Source: Folioceros fuciformis
Lineage: Eukaryota
Length of the DNA stretch: 64,000 nucleotides
Assembly: GCA_049999805.1 (NCBI GenBank)
Contig: JBNGIO010005634.1
Coordinates: 1 to 64,000, forward strand
Direction: 5' to 3'
Shown here in pieces: positions 13,121 through 24,660 of the stretch; the first letter of the stretch is position 1; each line of letters begins with the position of its first letter. The notes under the pieces were generated by a model that saw nothing but the letters and a program-made list of their open reading frames with translations, searched no databases and was not told the origin of the DNA. Both the position numbers and the translations under genes were made by a program.

Positions 13121-13460
13121 CAACTTTGATCGACTCTTCAGGTATTCGCCCTGAATCCCGGTAGGCACTGGCAACTGAATTCCGCAAGTCCCTGAAGATC
13201 ATTGCTCAGACATCAACTCCCCGCTATGATGCTTAGGTCTCTCTGCAGAATTGCGTGGAGTGAAAGTGGCAACGTCAGGTTCTGACAAGCATTGTGACTA
13301 CTCTTCACAACAACCCAAGCGATTGCATCTGCATAGGTGTACTGATACCACCACCTTCTCCTCCTGCATCGCATATCATCTCCACATAAGTCCATTCCCG
13401 CGAAGACTTTAACCGGGCCTTTCTGTGAGATCAAGCTGCGGAGGGTGCAGGCAGGGCAAG

Positions 13461-16208
13461 ATGGCGATGCCGCGAGAGCTGCCATTGCTGCCACCGACCC
13501 TGCACCAGCAACCAGGTAAGAAGTCCAGCTCCGCAACTTTCCGAACTGCGCTTGCGGCTGAAGGAATTTCGCACAAGGAACGACAGGAGTGTTTATGGCA
13601 ACAGTTCTTTCAAGAGCCCACCGAGTGGTGTGACAACAGGTTGGACAAGAGGACTGCCCGCTGTCCTGACTTCAGGCACAAGGCGTCGAAGGAGCCCCTG
13701 TGGCTTAACAATCGATCCAAGCCTAGCTGGGTGGACTCGGAGCTGGCCAGGTTGGATGGCCGTATGAGCGAGTCTGCACGACTGGTCAAGATTTTGAGCA
13801 AACGCTGTAAGGACGCACAGGTGGGCGAGGCGGTGGACGCGTTGGAGCTACTGGAGCAGCAAGGATGTCAGGTCACTGACTCTCTCATCTGCCGTGTTCT
13901 GAACAAGTGCGAAGGAGTGGAGGATTTGGAGCTGGTTAGACGCGTTCATGCTGTTGCGGTGAGATGTGGATATGAGTCGAACGCGTTTTTGGCCAACCAT
14001 TTCATTGTCATGTATGCGTCTCTTGGTACGTTGGAGGATGCATTCGAAGTCTTCATCAAAGTGGGTGCACCCAACGTCTACGTGTGGTCTGCCATTGTAT
14101 TGGCGCATGTCCGACATGGGCAGCCCAGGAAGGGCATCGAGATATATCGTCAGCTGCGAGACGCAGGTGTGAAGCCGAATGACCGCGTCTTTGTGGCAGT
14201 GCTGAAGGCCTGCGCCGTGGCAGGGGACCTGAGCGCTGGGAAGGAGGTGCATGCTGATATGCAGGGATGTGATTTGCAAGATGATGTTTTTGTGGGCAAC
14301 AGTCTGGTTAATATGTATGCTAAGTGTGGGGGCTTGGAGGATGCTTGCAGTGTGTTCGACAAAATGGCTACAAAAGATGTGGTGTCATGGAATGCCATGA
14401 TCACAGGATATACTCAACAAGGGCAAGGACGAGAAGCCCTGGCTCTGTACGTTAGGATGCAGCAAGAGGGCATAAATCCAGCGGATCGTGTTTCGTTCGT
14501 GAGCCTTCTTCGTGCTTGTGCCAGTGTGGGAGCCTTGCAGCAAGGGATGCAGCTTCATTCGAAGGTACGTGAACTAGGCCTTGAAGCTGATGTACGAGTT
14601 GGCAGCTGCCTGGTGGACATGTATGCAAAATGCGGGAGTTTGACCGCTGCTCGGAGAGTGTTTGATAGTTTGTCCTCGAGAGATGTGGTAACATGGAATG
14701 CCATGATGACAGGCTATGCGCAGCAGTCCCGTGGTCAAGATGCCTTGGCTCTGTATTCCTTCATGGAGGAGGAGAGCATCATTGTAGCCAATGACGTTAC
14801 GTTTGCATGCCTTCTTCAAGCATGTGCTGGTGTTGGAGCGCTGCAGCAGGGAGAACGGCTCCACTGCAAGATTCGTGAACGTGGCCTAGAAGCTGACGGA
14901 GTAATCGCTAACTGCTTGGTTAATATGTACGTGAAATGCGGGAAGTTGGAGGACGCTCGCAAAGTATTTGATAGTCTGCCCACAAAAGATGCTGTGACAT
15001 GGACTGCCATGATCTCAGGATATTCTCAACACGATCTTGGAGGCGAAGCTCTCGACGTCTATGCCAGTATGCAGAAGGAGGGAATCACGCCAGCTAATAA
15101 TGTTACTTTTGCATGCCTTCTTCAAGCATGTGCGAGTGTGGGAGCGTTGCAGCAGGGCAGGCATCTCCACTCACAGATTCATTACAGGGGCCTTGAAGCC
15201 GATGCAGTCATTGGTAATTGTCTGTTGGACATGTATGCAAAATGCGGGAGCTTGGAAGAAGCTCGGAGCGTTTTTGATCGATTGCCCACAAGAGATACGG
15301 TGGCGTGGAATGCCATGCTGACTGCTTATGCAGATAATGGCAATGGTGAAATGGCAATCAAGTGTTTCAATGAGATGCTTGTCAATGGTTGCCAGCCAGA
15401 TGCAACTACTTTCATTTGTCTTTTGGTGGCATGCAGTCAGGCAGGCCTGGTGTACGAGGGCAGGAAGTACTTCGGGATGATGGGGAAGCACGGGATCCAG
15501 CCCACTGATTATCACCACAGTTGCATGGTGGATCTCCTTGGCAGGGCAGGCCATCTTGTTGAGGCCGAAAGGATACTACTAACTGTGTCATTTGCGAATG
15601 ATGTGGTGGGCTGGACAGCTTTGCTCAGCGCTTGCAAAAGCTTCGGTGATGTGGATCGTGGAACACGATGTTTTGAGCATCTCGTAGGATTGGAACCACA
15701 GGATGCAAGCCCTTATGTGCTTCTGGGTAATATGTATGCCAATGCCGGCAGGTGGGATGATGTAGATAGAATAGAAAGCTTGAGAAAGTCCTCAGGTGCC
15801 AGGAAAAAACGCGCCAAAGCTTTTATTGAACTGAGCTCCGTGGTGCACGAGTTCGCCGTGGGAGACGAGAGGTACGATATTTCAACAAAGCTTAAGAATG
15901 TGAACACGAGGTTGCAAGACGAAGGAGGTCATGTGCCCCAAACCGGGCTGGTGCTGAAGGCAGTGTCCGAGCAGGAAAAGGAGGATTCTTTGTGTGGCCA
16001 TGCAGAGAAGTTGGCATTGGCCTACGGTCTGCTCAACACACCGGATGGCACGACCTTGCTTGTCACAAAAAACCTCCGCATGTGTAGTGACTGCCACAGC
16101 AGCACAAAAATCATGTCCCGTCTGGAGAAACGAGCTGTCATTGTGAGAGATTCCCACCGAGTGCATCGGTTCAAGGATGGCTCTTGCTCATGCGCAGATC
16201 GGATTTGA
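13461..16208 (+). CDS. PLS-class PPR-DYW protein, KP/DRH-type variant (candidate U-to-C organellar RNA editing factor)
   Basis: Intronless PLS array plus E motifs, then KKRAKAFIELSSVVHEFAVG..GGHVP..LCGHAEKLALAYGLLNTPDGTTLLVTKNLRMCSDCH..RDSHRVHRFKDGSCSCADRI*. Confidence 0.92.
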   Translation: MAMPRELPLLPPTLHQQPGKKSSSATFRTALAAEGISHKERQECLWQQFFQEPTEWCDNRLDKRTARCPDFRHKASKEPLWLNNRSKPSWVDSELARLDGRMSESARLVKILSKRCKDAQVGEAVDALELLEQQGCQVTDSLICRVLNKCEGVEDLELVRRVHAVAVRCGYESNAFLANHFIVMYASLGTLEDAFEVFIKVGAPNVYVWSAIVLAHVRHGQPRKGIEIYRQLRDAGVKPNDRVFVAVLKACAVAGDLSAGKEVHADMQGCDLQDDVFVGNSLVNMYAKCGGLEDACSVFDKMATKDVVSWNAMITGYTQQGQGREALALYVRMQQEGINPADRVSFVSLLRACASVGALQQGMQLHSKVRELGLEADVRVGSCLVDMYAKCGSLTAARRVFDSLSSRDVVTWNAMMTGYAQQSRGQDALALYSFMEEESIIVANDVTFACLLQACAGVGALQQGERLHCKIRERGLEADGVIANCLVNMYVKCGKLEDARKVFDSLPTKDAVTWTAMISGYSQHDLGGEALDVYASMQKEGITPANNVTFACLLQACASVGALQQGRHLHSQIHYRGLEADAVIGNCLLDMYAKCGSLEEARSVFDRLPTRDTVAWNAMLTAYADNGNGEMAIKCFNEMLVNGCQPDATTFICLLVACSQAGLVYEGRKYFGMMGKHGIQPTDYHHSCMVDLLGRAGHLVEAERILLTVSFANDVVGWTALLSACKSFGDVDRGTRCFEHLVGLEPQDASPYVLLGNMYANAGRWDDVDRIESLRKSSGARKKRAKAFIELSSVVHEFAVGDERYDISTKLKNVNTRLQDEGGHVPQTGLVLKAVSEQEKEDSLCGHAEKLALAYGLLNTPDGTTLLVTKNLRMCSDCHSSTKIMSRLEKRAVIVRDSHRVHRFKDGSCSCADRI

Positions 16209-16717
16209 CAGCTTCGAGAGATTCATGTCCAAGAATGTTGAAGCAAAGAAGATGCCAACCCACAGCTTCCAGAAGAAGCTCGGCTCTGACATGGATGCGG
16301 ACGCAGGTTGCGGACCAAATCTGGCCCTTCAGGTACGACTTTGATAACACCACACCCTCGGAATCCATCATCATTGAATGCCGCAACTGTGAAGAAACCT
16401 CGTTCTCCCGCTAACCCCATGCAGTTGGCAGGCACTGGCTTCACGATCCTTATCAATCGCGTTCTTCCGTGCCTTCTCCAAGTGACCTAACATCGGGTTT
16501 CTTCGAATCTTATACACTCCCGCCAAGCTTTCATCGTGACTTGGACTTATTTCTTGAAATTACATTCTATCATCATTTCATATATGCACATTATTTACAT
16601 ATATTATCACATATAAAATATATATATTATTATTATGATTATATATATCATTATATAATAATACACATCATTATATATCTACATCCTCATCTATACACCC
16701 TCATTTGGTTGGGTTAA

Positions 16718-16965
16718 ACAAGAGTGGTGGGCACCATACATATGTTTGCCTGATCCGCCCCAAGAGTGGTGGGCACCATCCATATGTTTGCCTGATCCCG
16801 CCCCCAAGAGTGGTGGACACCATCCATATGTTTGCCTGATCCCACCCCCAAGAGTGGTGGACACCATCCATATGTTTGCCTGATCCGCCCCCAAGAGTGG
16901 TGGGCTCCATCCATATGTTTGCCTGATCCGCCCCCAAGAGTGGTGGGCACCATCCATATGCCTGA
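16718..16965. repeat. ~42-bp minisatellite (~6 copies; CAAGAGTGGTGGGCACCATCCATATGTTTGCCTGATCCGCCC)
   Basis: Directly visible, downstream of an AT-rich low-complexity tract (16560-16690). Confidence 0.95.
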
Positions 16966-17029
16966 CTCGCTGACAATATCAATTGAAGTAGTGGGCATAA
17001 TCCATACTTCATCCTTCTCCAATAAGCAG

Positions 17030-17850
17030 CGCAAATGAAGACTAGTGTTGTGACCAATAAGACCTCCACAAGGATTGGTCGCTATTGAAGCCATGTCTTG
17101 ACTCACATAAGGAGTGCAAATGAAGATTAGCGTTGTGACCAATAAGAACTCCACAAGGATTGGTTGTTGAATAAGCCATGTCTTGACTCACACATCAAAT
17201 TCTCTCAGCTTCAGCTACAACTCCTTGTCTGGTTCTAACATCAATTTCCCTTAGCTTCAGCTACATCTGGCACCATGACTCACACATCAAATTCTCTCAG
17301 CTTCAGCTACACCTCCTTGTCTGGTTCCAACATCAATTTCCCTTAGCTTCAACTACATCTACATCTGGCACCACACGACTTTCTGGTCTGGTTGTTTAGA
17401 GTTGAAGTTCTAGCCCTAATCTGGCTATTTGCAATTGAAGCTCAAGCCCTTTCCGATTGCTTGCAGTTGAAGCTTGAGCCCGAACCTACATGGTTGTTGC
17501 TTAGTTCGTTGCTTAGTTCGTTGGAGCTCAAACCCAAGTCTACAAGGTTATTTCCCTTATCATCAATTGCATCTAGCACCATGCAACTTTCGGTCATTTT
17601 TAGTTGGAGCTCAAGCCCACAAAGTTATTTCCCTTGCTTTAGCTGCACCTAGCACCATGCAATCAGGGTCAAGCCCATGATAACAAATGTGAGCTTGAGT
17701 GAATGAGTATAAGAATAAGTGTGAGTCTGAATGTGAGAACAATTGTGAGATAGCAAGCACAAACAAAGCCCATATGAGCTTGAGTGAATGAGTGTAAGAA
17801 TAAGTGTGAGTTAGAATGTGAGAACAATTGTGAGACAGCAAGCACAAACA
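17030..17850. repeat. Cluster of short tandem duplications (~90-bp and ~76-bp units)
   Basis: Duplicated blocks ..TGACCAATAAG..CCACAAGGATTGGT.. (17030-17190), GACTCACACATCAAATTCTCTCAGC.. (17186-17370) and TGAGCTTGAGTGAATGAGT..GCAAGCACAAACAA (17690-17850). Confidence 0.8.
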
Positions 17851-18241
17851 ATCAAGCGATTTTTTTTGCTATGAGAGTGTGAGAACAGAGAAGTGGTGTG
17901 TGTGTGAGAATCATGGATTGTTTTGCTAATGTTGGTCAATAATTGCTTTTCCCATGTTCTCTATCCTAAAACTATAGATTATATTTTATTTATAACTAAA
18001 ATTGTTATATAATAAAAGTTTATACCTCACTTATACTTCCATCAAATAAAGACAAACATAATATCCTGGTATGATATAAAAGACATACATACATATATAC
18101 AAACATGCACAGGCCTTGTGTGAAAAGAGGAAACAGGCATGCGAGTGGATTGGTGTAACTAGGTAAGTTAAAAGTGGGGGTTACTGCGGCCAATCTTCTA
18201 GTGTATGTGGACCTTCGGAAGTTGGCTGTGTGAAGCAGAAG

Positions 18242-20638
18242 ATGGTGCCCGCAGCAATGGCGCCAGCAATGGCGGCAGCACGCACTCTCTCTTGGACTGA
18301 ACTGGGCTCTCCCCCGTCGTCCTCGTCGCCTTCCTCTTCGCTGTCTTGTGCTGCGTCTCTTCCAACCCGGTCCCCACGGCAGCTGGCCCGGTGGAGAAAG
18401 GGTTTTATGAAGGCCGGATTCCAGCTGGCGGCAAGGAACTCGGATCTCGCCTCCTTCTCGCTGACCAGGAGCGAAATCGATGGATTCTGTACCTTTTCTG
18501 CTTCTGCCGCATTGCCGCCACAGGCAGGATATGGAGCTCGGGGCTTGTCGCCCGGGGGGACGTCGAGAGCTGTTGTCCGAGGAGGGGCTGCATCCGGGGT
18601 AGTGAGGTGCAGGGCAATCAACGAAATTGGCAGTGTGAACGGTTCTTTGGAGACCTTTCCTGCAGAGGCCTCTGCACCCGTGGAAGACATTGATTCCCAG
18701 GTTGCTGGTTTTCAGACCTTGACTGCGGAGATCACGCCGGACAGGGATGAATTTTTTTCCAGTGAAACAGATGGTGATCCTGATCGGCCGTCGCCTGGAT
18801 TCGCCTCGGTTGCTGAGGGGGTGGAGGCTATTCAGCAGGGAAAGGTGGGGAGGATGCCTAGGCTTTTCAATGGTTCTTTGTTCTGTTTGGATTTTTGTGC
18901 CAGAAGAATTTTGGAAGTGCTTGTTTGATCTGAACAGGTGGTTTTTACAGTTTGTCATTGCGGTGGATGACGAAGACAGGGAAAATGAAGGAGATTTGAT
19001 TCTGGCAGCATCCCTCGTCACACCTGAGGCTGTTGCCTTTATGGTAAAGCATTGCACTGGAATAATATGTGTGGGAATGACGTCTGAGCAGCTGGACCGT
19101 CTGAATCTGCCTCTGATGGTCAGAGACAAGGAGAACGAGGAGGCTCTTCGCACAGCATTCACAGTCACTGTGGTCAGTACTTTGGTCCTGGGCCGTGGGG
19201 TGACTTCGGAAAGCTAAGCTGTTTTCAAGGGATGTTGCTCATAAGTTTTAACCGTCATCCTCTCCCTTGTAGACTGATTTGGAGCTATGTGCCGCTTTCC
19301 GTCATTGGTAGGATGCTAGGACGGGAACAACAACCGGGGTGTCGGCCTCTGATAGAGCGCAAACTATCCTGGCTCTGGCTTCCCCTGATACCAAGCCTGA
19401 CGACCTTCGTCGTCCAGGCCATATTTTCCCGTTGCAGTATCGGGAGGGTGGGGTGCTGAAGCGGGCAGGGCATACGGAAGCAGCTGTGGACCTAGCCACT
19501 CTGGCAGGTCTGCCACCAGTGGGTGTCTTGTGTGAGCTTGTGGATCCAGAGGACGGCTCCATGATGCGATTACCCAAGCTTCGAGAGTTTGCCCATGAGC
19601 ACGATGCACTGCTAATATCGATTGCAGACCTTGTAAGGTAGGCAGGCCCGGGCTCATCTATCTTATTATGCAAATAGTGCTGGCCTCCTCTTCTGAAACC
19701 CGGGTCTTTGCCATGCCATATGTAGTGGTGAAGGTTCTATTGACAAGACTGTTTGGCGGCTTATGCAGGTACAGGAGAAAGCGTGAAAAGCTGGTGATTC
19801 AGACAGCCGTTGCTCGATTGCCAACAAAATGGGGAGTGTTCAAAGTGTATAGCTACGAATCGAAGCTGGATGGTATGGAGCATGTGGCAATGGTGAAGGT
19901 CAGTGTCTCTCAGGGCACCGTGCAACTGTCGAAAGCATCGTGGCTCTGACTCCAGCGAGCGTGTGAACCTCATTGCAGGGAGACATCGGCGATGGCCTGG
20001 AAGTCTTGGTCAGGGTGCACTCGGAATGTCTGACAGGAGACATCTTCGGTTCTGCGAGATGCGACTGTGGAAACCAACTTGCTGTTGCCATGGCAGAGAT
20101 AGAAGAGGCGGGCAGGGGTGTTCTTGTGTACCTGCGAGGGCATGAAGGCAGAGGCATAGGCCTCGGCCACAAACTTCGCGCCTACAACCTCCAAGACGCT
20201 GGCCGTGACACTGTCGAGGCCAATGTGGAACTGGGCCTCCCTGTGGATTCCCGGGAATACGGCATCGGAGCTCAGGTACGCCTAGATTAACCCGTCCTCA
20301 TCCGATACGATATGTTCCACTCGGCCTTCGCAACGCCTGCTGTTAACACGTTTTGGGAATGTGTGCTGCAGATTCTGCGAGACGTGGGAGTGCGTACCAT
20401 GAAGCTCATGACCAACAACCCCTCCAAGTTCGTTGGTCTGAAGGGATATGGCCTCGCCGTCACAGGCCGAGTGCCGGTCATCTCCCCCATCACCTTGGAG
20501 AACCAAAGGTACCTCGAAACCAAGCGGTCCAAGATGGGACATGTCTACGGATCCGACCTCCCAGGCTCGTTTGCAGGCATTCTCGTCGCCGACTCCCCGA
20601 ACACAATCACTGGCGCCGAGACAGAGTCAGCTGGCTAG
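18242..20638 (+). CDS. RIBA: Bifunctional DHBP synthase / GTP cyclohydrolase II (riboflavin biosynthesis), plastid-targeted, 6 exons
   Basis: [93 protein letters not shown]. Confidence 0.95.
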
Positions 20639-21426
20639 GCTCAAGTCCGCTCGCTGGCAGGCTTGGCAAGTTGGGGATTAAGAGACACCAGCGGCGTGTG
20701 GTGCCTTATTATGTGAGGTGCCTGAAGTTTTATTGCTTCACCATGGCATTCCTCCCAACAGGCACTAAGTCTGTTTGGGAACGTGTGGCTGCTCATAGCC
20801 CACCACCCTGGTCTGTGTCACTTTTCGAAGTGGCCGGCTTGAGCTTTTGCCTGGCTATCTTTCTTAGGAGCTTTTGCTGGAACACAACGTTGTTTCCATA
20901 TGTTGTCTTGAACCGCATTGGATAAGTGGCTCACGAGTTAGATTTGCGGATTGGATTTTTGCACACAATGTCTTTCAGGTATCTATGTTGAGACCATTTG
21001 TGCCTGCAAAGAGAAAGAGGACTTGTGCCTGCAAAGAGAAAGAGGACATTGGACAGGAAGTACAGTAGTATCCTGGTGCAGAAGGTAGCGTGGCCAGAGG
21101 GAGATTGAAGATTTCCTTGTAGAAGGTAGTGTGGCTTTAGGAGTTTTTGCCTGGCCAAATGTTGTTTCCAAATGTAGCAAGAAACATACTTGCATCAAGA
21201 CAGCTATAGATTTAGTTTTCATTTTTTTACTTTTAATTTTTATCTTATTTCACTTGTGCCATTTGTTCAATGGCACCTATATGGCGTAGCAGGACTGTGA
21301 TGGTGTGACCATTCGCCTACAACCAAGTTCAAATTCGTTCCGTACGGAAGTCGCTAGCTTCCGGGGTCGTAGGCGTATTTGAGTGAGAGACATACATCGG
21401 TACTTTGCAGCACTGCACCATAACCA

Positions 21427-21505
21427 GACAGCACCGGCATCGCTCTTCATTCTCGCCACCAGGCAGCACCGGCATCGCTCTTCGTTCTCGCCACCAGGCA
21501 GCACC
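21427..21505. repeat. 35-bp tandem repeat (~2.3 copies; CAGCACCGGCATCGCTCTTCATTCTCGCCACCAGG)
   Basis: Directly visible upstream of the xylosyltransferase gene. Confidence 0.75.
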
Positions 21506-21684
21506 TGCATTGCCCTTCACTCTTCTCCTCGCGTTCGCCTCCGGGGTTCACGAGCCGCAATCACATACTTTGCTTTTCTAGGAAAGGGCGCTGCGCGTCG
21601 CTGCCGACTGGAAGTGGCGTCGGTAGGAGCCTGAGATAAGTAGCGTCGGGAGGGGTCTGAGAGAAGTAGCGTCGGCAGGAACGT

Positions 21685-23745
21685 ATGAGGCGGGATTGCG
21701 TAGCACAGCTTGTGTTTGTTGTGATGCTGTTCAATGTTATCCATATCTTCCTCGCGTCCAGGTCGGCTTCGCGTGGAGAGCTGGTGAAGCATGCAGTGGT
21801 CAACAAGGCTCCGTACATTTCCAAGCCTTGGCCCGAACTTCCTTCGCACAGGGACTGGCTTCCGACGCCTGGCTTGGGGAAGGAGGCGTGCGAATATTAT
21901 TTCGGGAATGGCTTCACCGTGCCGTACGACATGCTCTCACGACTTAGAGGCGAGCGGACGCTTGCAGGCCCTGCCAACTCCGGGCTGGATTTGGCAGGGT
22001 CGGAGTCGGTGGAGGAGAGCTGGCTGCGGAAAGAGCAAAAGAGCGATGCGGCCGGTGTGAGTGTGGACGGGGATTCTGAGGTGCAGGAGCAGCTTGGAGG
22101 AGGTCCTGGTAATGCGCGGTGGCGCAAGATGATGCCGGAGTTGAGGAGCGGGGAGCTGGAACTGCCAAGTGACCGGCTGCTCATGCCGGATGGATCCCTC
22201 ACTTGTGTTTACAGCGCGACCTTGCGGACGTCTGTTTGTGAAGGTACTGCCGTTGTCATGAAAGTGGACAAGTTGGAGATGTCCAGAGGTGGAGAGGCTG
22301 TGGAAGCTGTTCTCGGGAGGTCTGATGAGGAGGAGCTTCCCGTTTTTAATGATGGTGCTTTTTCGGTTGTTACCGACCGTACGCCTGCGGACAGGCGAGT
22401 GATGAATAGTCAGGTTCTTGATGACGTCATGCCACGGGGCCACATCAATTTCCACACCATGAGGGCGTTGTTTGAGTCCATGCGATCACTTGATCCATCC
22501 GGAGTGCGCTGCACCGAGGTGAAGTGTCGTTGCCTGGACCGTCATGCTGGTGTGTGAGGATAGACGGCACTGTGAAGGACCTGGAGACGACGTCTTGCGG
22601 GAGCTGATTGATTGTGGTTTTTGTGGACCTGCCGTGGATGCAGAGAGTGCAAGAGCCAACTCTTTTCGTTACGCGTTTTGAATATGCTAATCTCTTTCAC
22701 ACTGTAACGGATTGGTATAGTGCGTATGTGGCATCGAGGGTAGCACGTCTCCAGCAGCGTCCTAGGGTGATACTGTTGGATGGGCATTGCAAGGTAGGGC
22801 CATGTTGCTCTGCAGGTTTTAATGTGTTAGGGCTATTACCTTTTTACCTTTTGGCACGCGCCAGGTATTGTGAGCAGCTTACTAGTTGAAGAGGATTCTG
22901 ATTTTGTTCTGGTTGTGCGTGATTTTCAGTCACCCTTTGATGACGGATGGGAGGCAATGTTCAGCAATGTCTCATATGCCATGCACCACCGTGGCACGCT
23001 TTGCTTTGACAAGGCCATTTTTGTGCCTTTAGGATACGATACTGCTCTCTTCAAGGGTTTGGAGAACGGCCTCCGTTGCCGGGGATGCTCACTTCAAGAG
23101 TGTCAGTCAAAACCTGACCCTGAGGGTTTCACCAATAGACTGCGTGAGTTCGGGGAGTTTTTTGTCACTGCGATGAATGCTAGGTATGAAAGTGCACGAG
23201 GGAATGCTGGCGAGGGGAAGAAGAATGTCCGAGTTCTTTTTATAAGGCGCGAGGCGTACCTTGCCCACCCCAGACACAGTGGGAAACCGGAGTCCAGAGT
23301 GAGCAATGAGGAAGAACTGTATGATGCTTTGGTGGAGTGGGCTTCTGCGAGGTCTGCACTTGTGCGGACAGGAGCTGCTGCTGCACACACATTCGGGCGG
23401 ACAGAGAGTAGGAAAATTGAAGAAGCTTTAGCCCAAAATGTGAGCATCATGAATGGTTTTTTTGCTCACATGAGCTTACGAGATCAATTGCAGCAGGTGC
23501 AAAGTGCTGATATCATACTCGGAGCCCACGGGGCTGGTATGGCACACATTATATTTGCTAGGCCCGGGACTGTCATTCTCGAGCTTCTGAGTCCTCTCTT
23601 TTCACGGCCTCATTACGCTTATATTGCAGGATGGATGGGATTACCGTATGAACCCATTGTCGGGCAAGGGAACTTGGCAGACACATCCAATGTGGTGACC
23701 ACTCTGGACATGCTCCTGAGCCAACTCAACAGAATCCCAGGCTGA
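21685..23745 (+). CDS. XYLT: N-glycan beta-1,2-xylosyltransferase (GT61), 3 exons
   Basis: N-terminal signal anchor; KPWPELPS..CEYYFGNGFT; MSRGGEAVEAVLGRSDEEELP; EPTLFVTRFEYANLFHTVTDWYSAY; DGHCK; RREAYLAHPRHSGKPESRVSNEEE; GAHGAGMAH. Confidence 0.92.
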
Positions 23746-24660
23746 TATCCCCCATTTTTTTACATGTGCACACGGATTGCAGAAACCGTGTAACTTAGAG
23801 ACGTGGGGGAGCCTGTGCACGAATGTTGCACCAGGAAGGACTGCGGATTACTGTTGGCCCCCGAAACTCATGAAGGGCCAACTTGAGACTGAGTTACTCA
23901 CAAGCAGCAGCCGTAGATCAAGCCCAGCGTATATTGGAAGAGCAGCTGGTTGCACTATCTGTCACAACACCAAAGGTAGGATGTTACAGATGAAAATTGA
24001 TGTTCGTCCGCTTCCTGTACACTGGTGGAATCTACTGTTAATGCCCACAACCGAAGTGAAAATTTGCTGTAACGGTTGCAGGAGCGGGAAATGGGATACG
24101 GATGTGAAGCAAATCTCAATCTCACATAGATGGTGATGTCCACTGGCCGGTGATGCTTGGCATACGGGGCAATGCGTGTAGAGCAAGCTAAGTCAAAAAG
24201 TTGGGAGTGGCATCAGAGCACCTAGGGAAAGGGTCACGCCGGAGGCAGTAGCGTGCATGTTGGTGCACGGTACTACTGGCCACTAGGTACACAGGTTCAC
24301 TCCTAGCATCCTGACCACATCCTGACCACTGTGTACTGTGTAGCTCCAAGATGCTGCTCCCAATTTTGCCACGTGTGTAGGGCTGAAATTTATTATACTG
24401 AAGAAATGATTTCTCGTGCCAGGTTCCTCCGAATTTCACGGATACTTGTTATGCATACGTGTCGCACTGACGCATTCTGAAATGAATGATGATATATGAA
24501 CGACGTCATTTGCAGTCATGGGTAGTCACAGAGAGCCCAAAGTGGCAAGGTTTGTTCCGAGCCACACAGCGACACCGGGAGCTGGTTTCCCTCCTCGTGA
24601 GCTCCAAAGAGAAGAACCCCAGGGTAAATAATCTGAAAGAAAACCCGTGAACAGAGGAAC

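Noticed and set aside
16691-17154. Repetitive ORFs in several frames
   Set aside because: By-products of the ~42-bp minisatellite
18020-19168. 382-aa minus-strand ORF
   Set aside because: Antisense to RIBA exons and intron; no recognisable domain
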